Assembly: GCF_018350175.1 (NCBI RefSeq) | Contig: NC_058368.1 | Location: 12,896,001 to 12,960,000 of the forward strand | DNA: 64,000 nt | Direction of reading: 5' to 3' | Source of the DNA: Felis catus | Lineage: Eukaryota | Part shown: positions 37,299 through 51,170 of the stretch, one piece after another | Numbering within the stretch: position 1 is the stretch's first letter | Layout of the letters: every line of letters begins with the position of its first letter | Notes under the pieces: generated by a model | What the model was told of the DNA's origin: nothing | Databases searched by the model: none | The model's input: the letters and a program-made list of their open reading frames with translations, nothing else | Program-made: the position numbers and the translations under genes

Positions 37299-37343
<45 letters not shown>
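37292..37343. repeat. (GTT)n(ATT)n compound microsatellite
   Basis: Direct reading. Confidence 0.9.
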
Positions 37344-37344
<1 letters not shown>

Positions 37345-38160
37345 GCCTGGCTTCATCTTTCTGTCTGCATAGTTTCGTGACCAGATAATCATTTGGGCAG
37401 TTTGAGCTCAACGTCTTAAATGAGGCTTGAAGTCGGCTGAGCTATAGGTGGGCTGAGGAACACATTCCAAGATTGCAACCAGTTCTCAGTATCCTTTGGT
37501 TTTCACTTCCCCAGTTTAGCATTCATTTGGTTATGTGTCAGTCAAGATTGTATCTTAGTCCCTCTATGGCTCTTTTATTTCCAGGATCTCTCAGTTCAAT
37601 AACTGACTGGTCTCTCAGTGGTCATGAACTAGAATTGTAACCTTGGGCTAGCAAAGCTATAGATTTTCCCCCATCCTTTTTGAACCACGTCTGCCACTTT
37701 TATCCAGCAAAGCCATAGGTTTTCATATGTCTACATCCTGAATTGAGTCCACTACTCTGGCTGCAATCAGCCTTGAACTTACACAGCTACAATTTTTACT
37801 GACCAAGTGACAGGTGTGTTCTAACAATACCAGGTGGAGAAGGCCATAGAGTTGCTGCCGTTTTTTGTAAAGCTAGTTTCTTAGCAATAAACATTGTTTA
37901 ATTTGCCTAATTTGGATCAGTTTTAAGTATCCTGATTGGTTGTTTTTGACAGTTTTATCCACTCATTTTTAATACTTCTCTGTAGAGGGAGATCACCCAG
38001 TTTCCTCCTGTTTCACTTAGTGTAAGTAGCCCTTCACTGATTCATTTTTTTCATTGCTTTTTGTAGATCTAAATTTCAATCTGATATCATTTTCCTTTAG
38101 TCTGAAAACCTTTTTTTTTTAAGCTTTTCTTGCAGGGCAGATCTGGTGAATTCTCTCAGG

Positions 38161-38206
38161 GTTTTGTTTTGTTTTGTTTTGTTTTGTTTTGTTTTGTTTT
38201 GTTTTG
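38161..38206. repeat. (GTTTT)n pentanucleotide repeat
   Basis: Direct reading. Confidence 0.9.
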
Positions 38207-40327
38207 TTGGTTTTGGTGGGGCCTAAAATGTCTTTAGTATGCAGTGTTCTTTGGAAAGCATTTTTAATGGATATAGAATTGTACTTTGATGGGTTTTTTT
38301 TCTTGAAAAATATTTTTTGTCTTTTGGTTTACATTTTTTCTGAAGAGAGATTTATATCCTAATTTTTCTCCCTATGTGTTTTTGTTTCTTTTATTTTACT
38401 TACTACGGCTACTTGTGAGATTTACAACTTCTCTTTATAACTAGTTTCCTGGAGTTTGATTAAGATGTGTCTTGACACTATTTTTCTTTGTAGTTTCCTG
38501 TTTATATTGCTTTGTATTTATTGGGATTCTTGGATTTGTGGGTTTATATACTTTATTAGACTTGGAAAAATTTAGCTATTTTCTTGAAATATTTTTCTGC
38601 CCTGTCCACTGAGACTCTAGTTTTATATTTCTGACTTCCTGATAGTGTCCTGTAGAGTCTCTCTTTTTCTTCTAGGCCTTTTCTCACTGTCCTTCAGTTT
38701 GAATAGGTTCTGTTACCTTCAAGTTCACTAATCTTATGCACAGTCTAATCTGCTTTTAAGACCATGCAGTGAAATTGTCATTTTAAATACTGAGTTCCTC
38801 CACTCTGGAAGTTAAGTTTCATTTGGTTCTTTTTTTGTATTTTACATTTCTTATTCTGTTCATGATTTTTTAAAAATTTCTTATATTAATAATAGCCCTT
38901 TTGAAGTCTTTGATTAATTCCATCTGTCATTTCTAGATCTGTTTCTGTTGACTGGTATTTTTCCTGGTTGTGGGTCATATATCCTGCGGTTCTGTACGTG
39001 CATTAATTTTTATTGGATGCTGGCTATTTTGAATATTACATGGTAATGTTTCATTTTTGAATGTCTGAATTCTGTTGTCTTTAAACAGTTTTGAACTTTG
39101 TTTTAGCGGGCAGTTATTTGATTAACTGCTTGATCCCTTTTCTTGCTTGTTTTTCACCTTTTTTAGAGTAGTTAAGCTTGACAACTGAGACATTACATTT
39201 CTGGTGTTCTACTCAATACCCTGGAGATCACTAAGGTGTCTGTGTCTTGGATCACCAGAAATCAAATGTCTTCCAACCCTGTGTGAGCTCTGGTAATTTT
39301 TCAGTTTACAGTTCTCAGCATATCTTTTCCCAGTATTATTTTTTTTTTTTGGGGTCTGGCTTTGTGGAGTCACACTCAATGCATATGTAGCTTAGTAATC
39401 ATCCAAAGATGCAAGAAAAGAAACCCTTATGCAGATTTTTGTACGCCTTTTCTGTTTCGCTCTTTTTCCAGATCTCTGCTGTGCATATTCAACCACCTTA
39501 GCTTCTGAATTCTCTTTTCTCCAGCTCATTGTTATCACAGTTGTCTGCCTGGATTTGCCCTTCTTACCCTGCAGGAAAGTGCCTCTAGGCAAAAATCAGG
39601 TGACTTTAGTTTACCTCATTGGTTTTTTTTTCTCTTATGCCTTACAGTCTTGCATTCTCTGTTCAACATCTATTACAGAGTTGCTTTATGTATTTTGTCT
39701 AGTTTTCTAGTTGTTTACAGTGGGAAAGCAAGTCCAGTATCAGTTACTCTTACATAATTGGTAGTGAAAGTCTTAAAGATTTTAACTGAAAGCCCTAATT
39801 TCTGTAAAACTCTATGATTTAATGTATTTTTTCCCAGTGGTATTGAGGTATAATTGACATCTAACATTCTGTAAGTTTATGTTATACAGTGTGTTGATAT
39901 GATATACGTAATTGCCAAATGAGTATCCTCATAGTTTTAGCTAACACCTCTCTCATCATATCACATCAAATAATTACTATTTCATTTTTATGGTGAGACC
40001 GTTAGATTTCAGTAACTTTCAAGTATATAATACAGTGTTATTAATTATAATCACCATGCTGTACCTTAGAGCCCCAGAACTTACTCCTCTTAAAACTTGA
40101 AGTTTATATTCTTTGACCAGTATCTTCTCATTTTCCCACTTCTCAGTTCCTGATAACCATAATTTTACTATCTGTTTTTGTGAGGTTGGGCTTCTTAAAA
40201 TTCCACATACGTGATGTCATACATTATATGCCTTTGTCTTATTCACTAGCATAATGCTCTCAAGGTCCATCCATATTGTCATAAATGGCAGTGTTTCCTT
40301 CTTTCCCATGGCTGAATAATTCCATCG

Positions 40328-40391
40328 TGTGTGTGTGTGTGTGTGTGTGTACACATGTATACGTACATATGTATACATGCACACACACACA
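40328..40391. repeat. (GT)n...(AC)n alternating purine-pyrimidine tract within an L1 3' UTR
   Basis: Direct reading. Confidence 0.85.
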
Positions 40392-40802
40392 TCACATCTT
40401 TAACCATTCATCTGTTGAGGGACATTTAGGTTGTTTTCTTATCCTTGGCTATTGTGAATAATGCTACAATGAACATGGGAGTGCATATATCCCTTAGATT
40501 TTCCATTTTCCATTACGTTAGAGGTATACACAAGTGGGATTGCTGAATCATGGATCATGTACCTGTTAGCCATCTGTATGTCTTTAGAAAAATGCCTATT
40601 CAGATCTGCTTATTTTTTAATTGGATCATTTCCTTTTTTGCTATTGAATTGTATGAGTTCTGTATGTATTTTGGGTATTTGGATACGTATTTTGGATATT
40701 GGATGTTATCAGACATGTTCCAGAAATAATTTCCTCCCATTCAGTAGGTTGCCTTTTCATTTTAGTGATGATTTCCATGGCTGTGTAGAAGCTTTTTAGT
40801 TT

Positions 40803-41014
40803 TTTTTTTTTTAAGTTTATTTATTTTTGAGAGAGAGAGAGCGTGAGTGCAAGCAGGGGAGGGGCAGTGAGAGAGGGCAACACAGAATGGGAAGCATTCT
40901 CCAGGCTCTGAGCTGTCAGCATAGAGCCCAATGCAGGGCTCAAACCCAGGAACAGTGAGATCATGACCTGAGCCAAAGTTGGACATTTAACTGACTGAGC
41001 CATTCAGATGCCCC
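40803..41014 (-). mobile_element. CanSINE nested in L1
   Basis: TSD gaagctttttagttt at 40788 / 41015. Confidence 0.92.
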
Positions 41015-44000
41015 GAAGCTTTTTAGTTTGATTTAATTCAAATTAACTAATTTTGCTTTGTTACTTTTGCTTCTGGTGTCACACTCACTCTGTGTCAAGG
41101 AGCTTACCACATACATTTTATTCTAGGAATTTTATGGTTTCTGGTCTTCAAGTCTTTAATCCATTTTGAGTTAATTTTTGTGTGTGGTATAAGATAGCGG
41201 TTGAGTTTCATTATTTTTGCATGTGGCTGTCCAATTTTCCCACCACCATTAGTTGAAGAGACTGTCTTTTCTCTATTGTAGTATTGGCTCCTCTGTCATA
41301 AATTATTTGATAATATATGCATGGGTTTATTTCTGGGCTCTCTATTTTCCATTGATCTCTATGTCTTTTTATGCCAATACCATATTGTTTTATTTACTAT
41401 AACTTTGTAATATAATTTGAAACCAGGGAGCACAATGCTTCTAGCTTTGTTCTTCTCTCTTAAGACTTCTTTGACTATTTGGGGTTATTTTGTAGTTCCA
41501 TACACATTTTAGGATTTTTTATCTCTGTGCAAAATGCCATTGCTACCAACTGCATTGAATCTGTAGATTGCTTTGGGGAGTATGGACATTTTATTAATCT
41601 TCAAACTCATAAGCACAGAATATCTTTTCTATCTTCAATTTCTTGTAGTTTTCAATATACACGTCTTTAACCTCCTTGGTTAAATTCATTCCAGTTTATT
41701 TTATTCTTTTTGATACAGTTATAAAAAGATTGTTTCCTTTTCTTGTAGTTTGTTATTAGTGTATAGAAATACAAAAGCTTTTTGTGTATTGATTTTGTAT
41801 CCTGAAACTTTTCTGAATTTGTTTTAGTTTTAACACTTTTTTGATGGAGTCTTTAGGGTTTTCTAGATATAATAATTAGGTTATCTGCAAACACTGACAG
41901 TTTTATCTTGTTCTTTCCAGTTCTGATGCCCTTTATACCTTTTTCTTGCCTAATGGCTCTGGCTTTGATTTCCAGTGCTGTCTTAAATAGAAGTGGCAAG
42001 AGTGGGCATCCTTGTCTCCTTCCTGATGTTAGGTGAAAGGTTTCCAACTTTTTACTATTGAGTATGATGTTAGCTCTGGGCTTGTCCTATATGGCCCTTA
42101 TATTGAGGTATTTTTCCACTCTACCCACTTTGTTGAGTTTTTATCATAAATGGATGTTGAATTTTGTCAGTTGTCTTTTCTGAATCTGTTGAGGTGATCA
42201 TATGATATTTATTCATATTTGATTAAAATGTGTATCACACTGACTGATTTGCAGATTTTATACCATCCTTGCATCCGTGGAATAAATCCTACATGATTAT
42301 GATGTATGATCCTTTTAAGGTATTTTTAAATTTGCTTTGCTAATAATTTATTATTTTTATATCTATTCTTGTTAGGGATATTGGCCTGTAATTTTCTGTT
42401 CTTGTGGTATTCTTGTCTGAATTTTGAAATCAGAGTAATGCTGGCCTCATAAAATGAGTTTGGAAGAGTTCCTTCATCTTTAATTTTTGGAAGAGCTTGA
42501 GAAGTATTGGTATTAATTATTAGAATGTTTGGTAGAATTCACCAGTGAAGTTCTGGTCCTGAACTTTTATTTGTCAAGGGTTTTTACCAGTTAAATCTCC
42601 TTCCTAGTAATTGGTCTGTTCAGATTTTCCATTTCGTCATGATTCAGTGTTGGTAGATTATTGTTTCTAGGAATTTATCCATTTTTATCTAGGTTGCCTA
42701 AATTCTTTACTAAGTAAATCACAGATCTCTTTGTCTTTAGATTTTGTCACCAGAGGATGATTGTGATCCTTTGGTGCAATCATGTGACCTTGATTTTTCA
42801 TGCTCTTTGAAGTTTTGCATTACTTTCTTCACTTCTGAAGTAGGAGTCACCTCTTCTGGGCTTTACTAACTGTTTTTGGGAGAGAAAGACCTTCCATCAG
42901 CCATGACAGATATTCTGAAGCTATCTCAGATCTTTTTTGGGTCCAGCTGTTCATACTTCTTGCCCCTCGATGGCAGAGTACTTAAGCTTTAAGCTTTTCC
43001 TGTATTCTATAATGCAACATGCCAAGTGCTGACAGTTTCTCTTTTGTTTCCCCTTAAAGGTGGTACTGAAGTTCAAATTTGTGGTCTTTCCCTGGCCCGC
43101 AGATTTGCCAACTTATGTGCATGTTCACTGGCCATCTTCCAGAGCTCACTCTTGTTGCCACCATTGGGAGCACAGATAGCTGGCCACAAGATAGGGAGGT
43201 TTGTACGTGAGGTACACAGAGTGCTAGAGGTTTCTGTGGGCCAGTTGAAGTGATTGACAAGTGAGGTGTTCCCATCAGCTCACTGGCAGAGTTCTGATGG
43301 AATCTGTGATCTAGTTAGGATCTGAGTCCCTTACTTTCATCCAGTAGTTATATTTGCCACTCTCCTCATCTTTTCCTGTCATGTAGCTCGTGATTCTGCA
43401 CTGTGATGGGGCAATAAAGAAAGGGACCTCTTGAGCAGCATCATGTACAGATGAAGCCAGGGGCTCACACACTCTTCCCCTGTGGGACAAATCATGGTGA
43501 AGGAAGGTGTCGTTTGGCCCTAAGTTGTGATGCCTTGGGGAGGAGGTGATAGGGATAAAGTTAAACTGTTACTGTTACCCACTACAATTCATTGAAACTT
43601 TTTTTTTTTTTGCTCCAGTGGAGTGCTAGAACTTCTTAGAAACCTGGACTTCCACAAAGGTTCTCTCCTTTTAAAATGATTGTCTTAAGTTAGTGTTCGT
43701 CAGTGTTCTCAGGGGACTGTGATTGGAGAGGGCCTGGACCCAGTTTACAGGCCACTGTAGGGTCAACAACGGGGACCGAGGTCTGTCTGTGACTCCATTG
43801 CACAGGTGGGTGAGACTCCTCTAGAGTCCCTTGACATATGGGGCTGAACCCCACAGCTTTCTCAAAGGCACTTCTGTCCATGGATACCAAAGTTTTGTTG
43901 TGGATGGGGGACAAAAACCAGGGAGGACTTAAGCTGTTATGATGCTGACTCTCCTTTCTTTTTATGTTTTTAGAATATAAATTAAAATTTTGTTCCTAAG

Positions 44001-45231
44001 ATTTGAAGTTGTGCAATATACATCACAACGAAAAGCTTTGTTGTGATTTTAATAAAGTTCTGTTTTATATTCAGATATATCAGAACTGAATGATAGAGAT
44101 TTAAATGTTCTTTCCAAATTATAGCACTCCAAGTTGTGAAACACAGTTCATAAAAAGTAAAAAATCAACTCTTGGCAGCAATTTTCCTTGTACCTAGTTC
44201 TCAAGAAAAACATAATTTTTTTTCATATTTTTCAAATTGGTGAACTAAATTCCACTAGATATTCACCCCAGTTTCTTTCCTGTTCATAGTTCCTATGGAA
44301 ATTTGGAACATTATCACAAGATGCTATTTATCAGTTTGATCGTGGTATGCATGACTTAACAATAAATTACTCCTCTCAGTAGCTTTGCAAAAATAGTGGT
44401 CCCTCCGAACCTTAGCTCATGTCTGAATTGCAGCCTAATGCTGGTTATAAACACTGTATGGTACCTTTGTGACTTGGTACCTTCTGCCTGTTGCAGCTCT
44501 TTTGATTAGCTGATTGCCTCCCGAAGTTACCAGCTCTTTAATACAGCAGCATAAGAAACTTTAGCAACTTCCTGAAGAGCAGCTGTACAAAATAATCACT
44601 CGTAGTAGGCACATAGAGAACTCCACACAGCCTTTCCAGAATAACATTAAGTACCTCTGTGTGAGGCACTGTGCTAGGTTTTTTTTTTTTTTTTTTTTGG
44701 CATCCTCATTTAACTCTCCTAATAGTCTCAGAGCTACCCTGTTTTGCAAGTGGGAAAACGATCCAGGCAGCTGAGCACAGGTTCTATTCCAATGAATTGA
44801 AAGCCACCAACCCAAGAAATAGGTCTTCAATACTGCCTAATAAATTTTACATTTCTCTATCAAGTCTCCACAATGCCTCTTTAAAACTTACCTCTTTATC
44901 AACCAGCTAATCAAATGTGTATGCATTCTGTATTATATGCTCATTTGTATGCATCCTATGTACTGTCTATGCATGCATATTCTCTTATATAAAGAGAAGC
45001 TATCATCTTTGTTTCGAGTCTAATCTTCATCAGTTGTAGCCTGTGTCTAAAAAAGTGTCAGTATCTTCTGTCCTTTCTCTCTTGTATTTTCAGTCCTCTC
45101 AAAAGTAGACCCTTGTGTTGCTTTTGATTTTCCTAACATTATTATCATCAGAGTTTCCAACATACAGAAAACTGGAAAATATTGACAGCATTCATACTAA
45201 TGTTTTATAGTGAATTTTAACTGTACTTGCT

Positions 45232-45276
45232 TTTTTTTTTTTTTTTTTTTAGTTTATTTTTGAGAGAGAACACACG

Positions 45277-45310
<34 letters not shown>

Positions 45311-45446
45311 GGGAGAGAGAGAATTTCAAGTAGGCTCCGTGTTGTCAGCACAGAGCCCAATGCAAGGTTTCATCTCAAGAACCGTGAGATGATGACCTGA
45401 GCCAAAATCAAGAATCAGATGCTTCCCTGAATCACCCAGGTGTCCC
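45232..45446 (-). mobile_element. CanSINE containing a (CG)n(CA)n tract
   Basis: TSD gtacttgcttt. Confidence 0.9.
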
Positions 45447-46097
45447 AGTACTTGCTTTATCATATGTCTGTCCTTCCATCTTTCAGTCCTCATGTTTTTG
45501 CTGCATTTCAAAGCAAGTTACAGACATCAGTACATTTTTCCCAAGACTGTTAGCACATACATCATTAACAAGCTAGTTGAATAAGAAAAATATATAACAG
45601 GCATAAGGAAACAAAAGGATGGAAGAAAAGTCTTCGTATTAGACAAAATGATTGTTTTCCTAGAAAAATTCTAAATAACAATTCCTTTAACAAATGGGTG
45701 AATTTAGTAAGATCACAAGATGTAAAGTTAATGTATAGAAGTCAATTTACATAGTAGCAGGATACTAGTGGAAAATAAAGTTTAAATAATTGATTAAATT
45801 TCTAATACATCAGAGACCCCCTAGAATAATAAATAATAAATTTAACCAACCTTGCCCCCAAGACCTGTATATTCAAAATAAATTCTTAAAAGGAATTAAA
45901 GAACACCTATAGAAATAGAGAAATTTGTCTTGGATTTGAAGACTCAAGATGTCCATTGTTTTCAAAGTGCTTTGTGATTTATGACCATCATGTTACATCT
46001 ACAACCTTGTAGAACTTAACAATAATACAGTATTAATTTGCTTTAAACAAATAGACCCAAGTACTTTAAAAGAAATTAAGAGGAAAAATAGATTTTA

Positions 46098-46298
46098 GGG
46101 GTGCCTGGGTGGCTCAGTCAGTTAAGTGTCCGGCTTTGTCTCAGGTCATGACCTCACAGTTTGTGGGTTTGAGCCCTGTGTTGGGCTCTGTGCTGACAGC
46201 TCAGAGCTTGAAGCCTGCTTAGGAATCTGTGTCCCCTTCTCTCTGCCCCTCCCCCACTTGTGCTCTCTCTTTGTCCCTAAAAAATAAACATTAAAAAA
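46098..46298 (+). mobile_element. CanSINE
   Basis: TSD a(a/t)atagatttta. Confidence 0.92.
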
Positions 46299-46587
46299 TA
46301 ATAGATTTTAACATTAACTATTTACCTTTTCTGGAACTTCATTTTTTCCTTAATGTCCAGAGTTTGATCTGTTTTGCTTTCCATTTAGCCTGAGTAACTT
46401 TCTGTAGCATTTCTTACAGTGTAGGTCTATTGGCAGATTCTCTTAGTGTTTATTTTGTCTTAATCTTTTGAAGGATGTTTTCACTAGATGTGAAATTCTA
46501 GATTGGCAGAATTTTCTTTAGTTGTTGCTCTGCTGTTAGATGATGATGATGATGGTGGTGGTGATGTTGATGATGTTGATGTTAGTA

Positions 46588-46792
46588 GCTTATCTTTCAG
46601 TTTTGGAGGTCAGAAGTCTAAAATATGTTTCACTGGAGGTTTTAGGGGAGAATTAGTTCCTTGCCTTTCCAGATTTTAGAGGCTGTTTGAATTGTTTGGC
46701 TCATTCCTTTTTTCTTCATCTTCAAAGCCAACAATGTGGCATCTTCAAATGTTTCTCTGACTCTGCTTCCATCCTCACATTTTCTTCTCTGA
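46588..46792 (-). mobile_element. MLT1C/D-like MaLR LTR fragment
   Basis: cagttttggaggtcagaagtctaaaat...ccttgcctttccag...catcttcaaagccaacaat. Confidence 0.65.
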
Positions 46793-46799
46793 TTATTCC

Positions 46800-47710
46800 C
46801 CCAAGTTTATTGAGATCTAACTGACCTATAACCCTGTAAGTGTATAATATGATTTGGTACACCTGTGTATTGTGAAATGATTACCACAATAAGGTCAGTT
46901 AACATGTCCATAACATTTTTTTTGTAGTGATAACATTTAAGATCTGTTCTCTTAGCAACTTCCAAGTATATAATACATTGTTAACTATAGTCATCATGCT
47001 GTATATTAGATCCCCCACACTTACTCATTTTATAACTGGAAGTTTGTACCTTTTGTCCTTCATTATTTTTGATGAGAAGTCTTTGGTCATATGTGTTCTT
47101 GTCCTTGTATGTGTAATTTGTTTTCTTTGCCTGCTTTGAAGATTTTTCTTTATTTAAATTTTTTATTATTTTTTCAACGTTTTTATTTATTTTTGGGACA
47201 GAGAGAGACAGAGCATGAATGGGGGAGGGGCAGAGAGAGAGGGAGACACAGAATCGGAAACAGGCTCCAGGCTCCGAGTCATCAGCCCAGAGCCTGACGC
47301 GGGGCTCGAACTCACGGACCGCGAGATCGTGACCTGGCTGAAGTCGGACGCTTAACCGACTGCGCCACCCAGGCGCCCCAAATTTTTTATTATTTTTAAT
47401 TGTGATAAAATGCATACACAATTTGGTACCCTAACCATTTTTAACTATGCAGTTTAGTGGCATTAAGTACATTTGCATTGTCGCAGCTGTTACCAACATC
47501 CATCTCCAGAACTTTTTCATCTTGCAATACAGGAATTCTGTACCCATTAAATAACATCTCCCCATTTCCCCCTTCTCCGTAGCCCCTGGCAACCACCATT
47601 CTACTTTCTGTCTTTATGAATTTGACTACTCTAGGTACTTCATATAAGTAGAGTCCTACAGTATTTGTGTTTGTTTGAGCTCCTGGCTTATATCACTTAG
47701 CAAAACGTCC
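46800..47710 (-). mobile_element. Two antisense L1 3'-end fragments (L1MA9/10-like ~46800-47060; L1MB-like ~47390-47710)
   Basis: ttagcaacttccaagtatataatac; catctccagaactttttcatcttgc...agcccctggcaaccaccattctactttctgtc. Confidence 0.7.
47173..47379 (-). mobile_element. Young SINEC_Fc-type CanSINE
   Basis: CpG-rich; TSD aaattttttattatttt. Confidence 0.95.
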
Positions 47711-48933
47711 TCAGTCAAGTATTTTCTTAGCTTTGGATTTTAACATTTAACTATGATATGCCTGGTGTTTTCTTTGTAATCATCTTACTTGGGGCTCATT
47801 GAGCTTCCTATCTATGCATTTATATTTTGCACCAAATTTAGGATTATTTTCAGTTATTATTTTATGAAAATTTTTTACAACTCATTCACTTACAGCTCTA
47901 CCAGGAATCCAGGTACACATATATTTGACTTATTGCTATTATCTCACAGATTCCTGTGTCTTCATTTTTTTAAACATTTTTGTCTCTTTGTTTTTCAGAC
48001 TGGATAATTTTTACAGATCTGACTTCTAGTTCTCCAGCTCCTTTGTCATCTTCATTCTCCCATTAAGACTATTCAGTGTATGTTTAAGATACTGTATATT
48101 TTAGTTCTAGAATATCTGTGTTGTTCTTATTAACAGTGTCTATTTCAGTACTGGTACTTTTCTATCTATTATAAGCGTATTTTCCTTTATATCCTGGAGC
48201 CTGGTTATAGTCACTGCATTGAGTATTTTTGTGTGTGAATTTCACAATCTGGATTCTATGGGGCTGGTCTGTGTGGGTCATCCTTTCTCTTGATACGTCC
48301 TGTTCTTTGTATATTGAATAATTGTGAATTGCACCAGAAGTTCTGAATGATTCAGGCATTAGTCAGAGAGTGTATGTGCGGAATTGGAGCTCAGGCTCTC
48401 TTGTTCTCTCTTTTCAGGGATTGTCTCTACAACTTTCTAGCAGTTTTGGTTACCCTAGTCTTCTAGTTCTTCAATAAAACTGGGTTTCCATGAGGTATTA
48501 GATACCTATCTTAATGCAGATGAGGGCCTGCTCTTAGTAAAAGCCCTAAAAAAATGGGAAACTCTTCTGGTGCTCCACCATATCCCACTTTGACTCCCTT
48601 CCAGTTTCTGCTTGTTTTTCTTCTCTGTACAGCAACTGCTATTTATATTTTGTTCATTGTTTATCCTTGTTATCTACTGGAAGGTTGGCCTGGTAGAAGT
48701 AATCAGCCAAACCAAAAGCAGAAAGTTATTCCTATTGCTTGTAAATATATTCAAGTCCCTCCTATTAAGAAAAAAAGTTGTTTATATGACTGTAGCCCCA
48801 TCTTTGGGCCTTTTTTACTACTCTTTACAAACTTCTAAATAATGCTTTCTGTTCTCATTGCAACAGTTTTCTTACTTCTCAACCCCTTTCAATCTGTTTT
48901 TTCCTCTCATAATTTCAAAAACCCATCTAGTCT

Positions 48934-49155
48934 GGGGCGCCTGGGTGGCGCAGTTGGTTAAGCGTCCGACTTCAGCCAGGTCACGATCTCGCAGTCCGGG
49001 AGTTCGAGCCCCGCGTCAGGCTCTGGGCTGATGGCTCGGAGCCTGGAGCCTGTTTCTGATTCTGTGTCTCCCTCTCTCTCTGCCCCTCCCCCGTTCATGC
49101 TCTGTCTCTCTCTGTCCCACAAATAAATAAAAACATTTAAAAAAAAATTAAAAAA
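48934..49155 (+). mobile_element. Young SINEC_Fc-type CanSINE
   Basis: TSD aaaaacccatctagtc at 48917 / 49156. Confidence 0.95.
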
Positions 49156-49969
49156 AAAAACCCATCTAGTCAAAAACCAGGTATATGTTTGTATCTCCAC
49201 ACAATGAATATCTGCTCTATATCCAGTGAACTCTTTTGGTTGACCTCAGCAACATGTGTTACTCTTTCCTGAATTCCTTTTTTTTTTTTTAATGGCTTCC
49301 TTGAGACAAATGCTGTCTTCTGTTTTCTTTAACTATTTCTTTGGGTGCTCAACTTTACAGGCTATTCTTACTAAACTATCAAATGTGGAATATGGCTTTA
49401 TCTTTTACCCTTCTGCTCATAAGACTCTCCTTGAGTGATCTTATTCAAGCTTAGGGCTTCAGATACCACTTTGTAGCCAATAATTTCATTTACATAAGCT
49501 CAGACTTTTTCTGAACTTTAGACTTCTACACCTAAACACCTTTCTGATACTTATTCACAAATATATCAAAGACGTCTCAACTTGGAACATGTCCCAAACA
49601 GCTTTTGATCTTCCCAGCTCCCAACTAGATCTTTTCCGGTATTCTTTTCTCAGAGTCATCTTTTTGGATTGTTTTTCATGTTCTACAACTGTTGGAATTT
49701 CTTGTGGTTCCATCTAATTTTCTTTATTCAATGACCAGTTTATATGTAGCCTGAGATAACTCAGTTTGGGATTTATAAATGATGCATATGCTAATGATTC
49801 ACATGTTGAGACATTTGGTGTGTTTCCTAACATCATCTTCACTAACTTTAGCTTATCAAAAAAATAATTCACCAGCTTTTCTGTTAAACCAACTACTCCT
49901 CTTAGCTTCTTGCTTGTGTTAGTACACCACTTTTCTCCTAGTACGTGGTGTAAAACTTTGGAGTAAATT

Positions 49970-50195
49970 GGAGCTCCTGGGTGGCTCAGGTGGTTAAGCC
50001 TCCAACTTCGGCTCAGGTCATGATCTCATGGTTCATGGATTCAAGTCCCATGTTGGGCCCTGTGCTGGCAGCTCAGAGCCTGGAGCCTGCTTCAGATTCT
50101 ATGTCCCCCTCTCTCTCTGCCCCACCCGGACTCACACTCTGTCTCAGTCTCTCAAAACTGAATAAATGCTAAAAAAAATTTTTTAAAAACCCCCC
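49970..50195 (+). mobile_element. CanSINE
   Basis: TSD aaaactttggagtaaattg at 49952 / 50196. Confidence 0.93.
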
Positions 50196-50963
50196 AAAAC
50201 TTTGGAGTAAATTGACCTCTCCCTTTATTTTAAAACAGCCAGTTGTCAGGTTCTGGTTATTTTCTCTGATATATGAGTATTATTTTCATCCTTCTGTACT
50301 TGCACCATTTGGTGTATGTAGTTAATTGTACCTGCCACTAAATTGAGAACAGACTGACTATGTGGACTCATGGTTAGACTCACTCTGATGACACAGCAGA
50401 TTTCTAGAAAGCATGGATATAATGCAAAACATAGATATGTGTTAAAAAAAAAACAAACAACTGTAACTCTTCATACTCATCGCCTTAAGTGATCTAGCAC
50501 CTAATTTCTGTGCAAGAAAGAGATACATATAACTATAAATATTTAGATTCAGACCACTAAGTGCAACTTTTATCCATTCATTAGGTCAGAAAAATATTTA
50601 TTGAGCACCTGTTATGTGCCATGGTATTTTTTTAAAGACACTGGGGATATAGCAGGACAAAATAGGTAGCACTTCCCCTTGTGAATGACATTATACCACA
50701 AAGATAGATGATAGATAAAATAGTGTGTGTCAGATGTGTTATGGATGTGGAGCATTGGTTTGTTTTACATAGGATGATCAGGGAAAACCTCTTCAACAAG
50801 AGAACTAATCAGGGATAAGAGAATTCTAAGCAGAATAAACAATATAGGCAAGACCTGAGGCAGGAAGGAACATGCCAGTGAAGTGAGTTGGGTAAAATGG
50901 GAAAGTGGTAAAAGATGTCAGAGCTGCATCGGGTTTGCATGGAGTAGGATAGATCATATAGGG

Positions 50964-51170
50964 CACTGGTGTGCTGGTAAATGTTTTATCAGCTGGCTCC
51001 TTGGGGGCAAAATTAATAAAAATCCCTGGTTTTCACTGTTTACTAATTTCTCTGGTGTAAATATTCCTGCCACGGCAATTTCAAGCTACTAACAGAACAA
51101 CGAGCTTTCAAAAATTCCATAAAATTTATTAGACCTTGTGAGCTGGTACGTCTTCTCCAGCACACCACTA
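50964..51170. mobile_element. MER63A-like hAT-Blackjack MITE, inserted in an L2 relic (~50570-51320)
   Basis: TIRs cactggtgtgctgg / ccagcacaccact; internal ggtgtaaatattcctgccacggcaatttcaagctac. Confidence 0.75.

Larger units (their letters stand above)
34720..39770 (-). mobile_element. Old antisense L1M fragments (L1ME/MC/MD-like patchwork)
   Basis: T-rich L1 3' UTR and ORF remnants: tgatggacctttgggtgtccaggttttgg, ttgtaccattttgcattcc, ccttcaagttcactaatctt. Confidence 0.65.
39835..43930 (-). mobile_element. Antisense L1MA9/L1_Carn-like element with internal deletions (3' end, ORF2 part, 5' region)
   Basis: 3' end tattgaggtataattgacat; RT remnant [14 protein letters not shown]...SVFADNLII (ORF 41853..42047). 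Confidence 0.8.
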
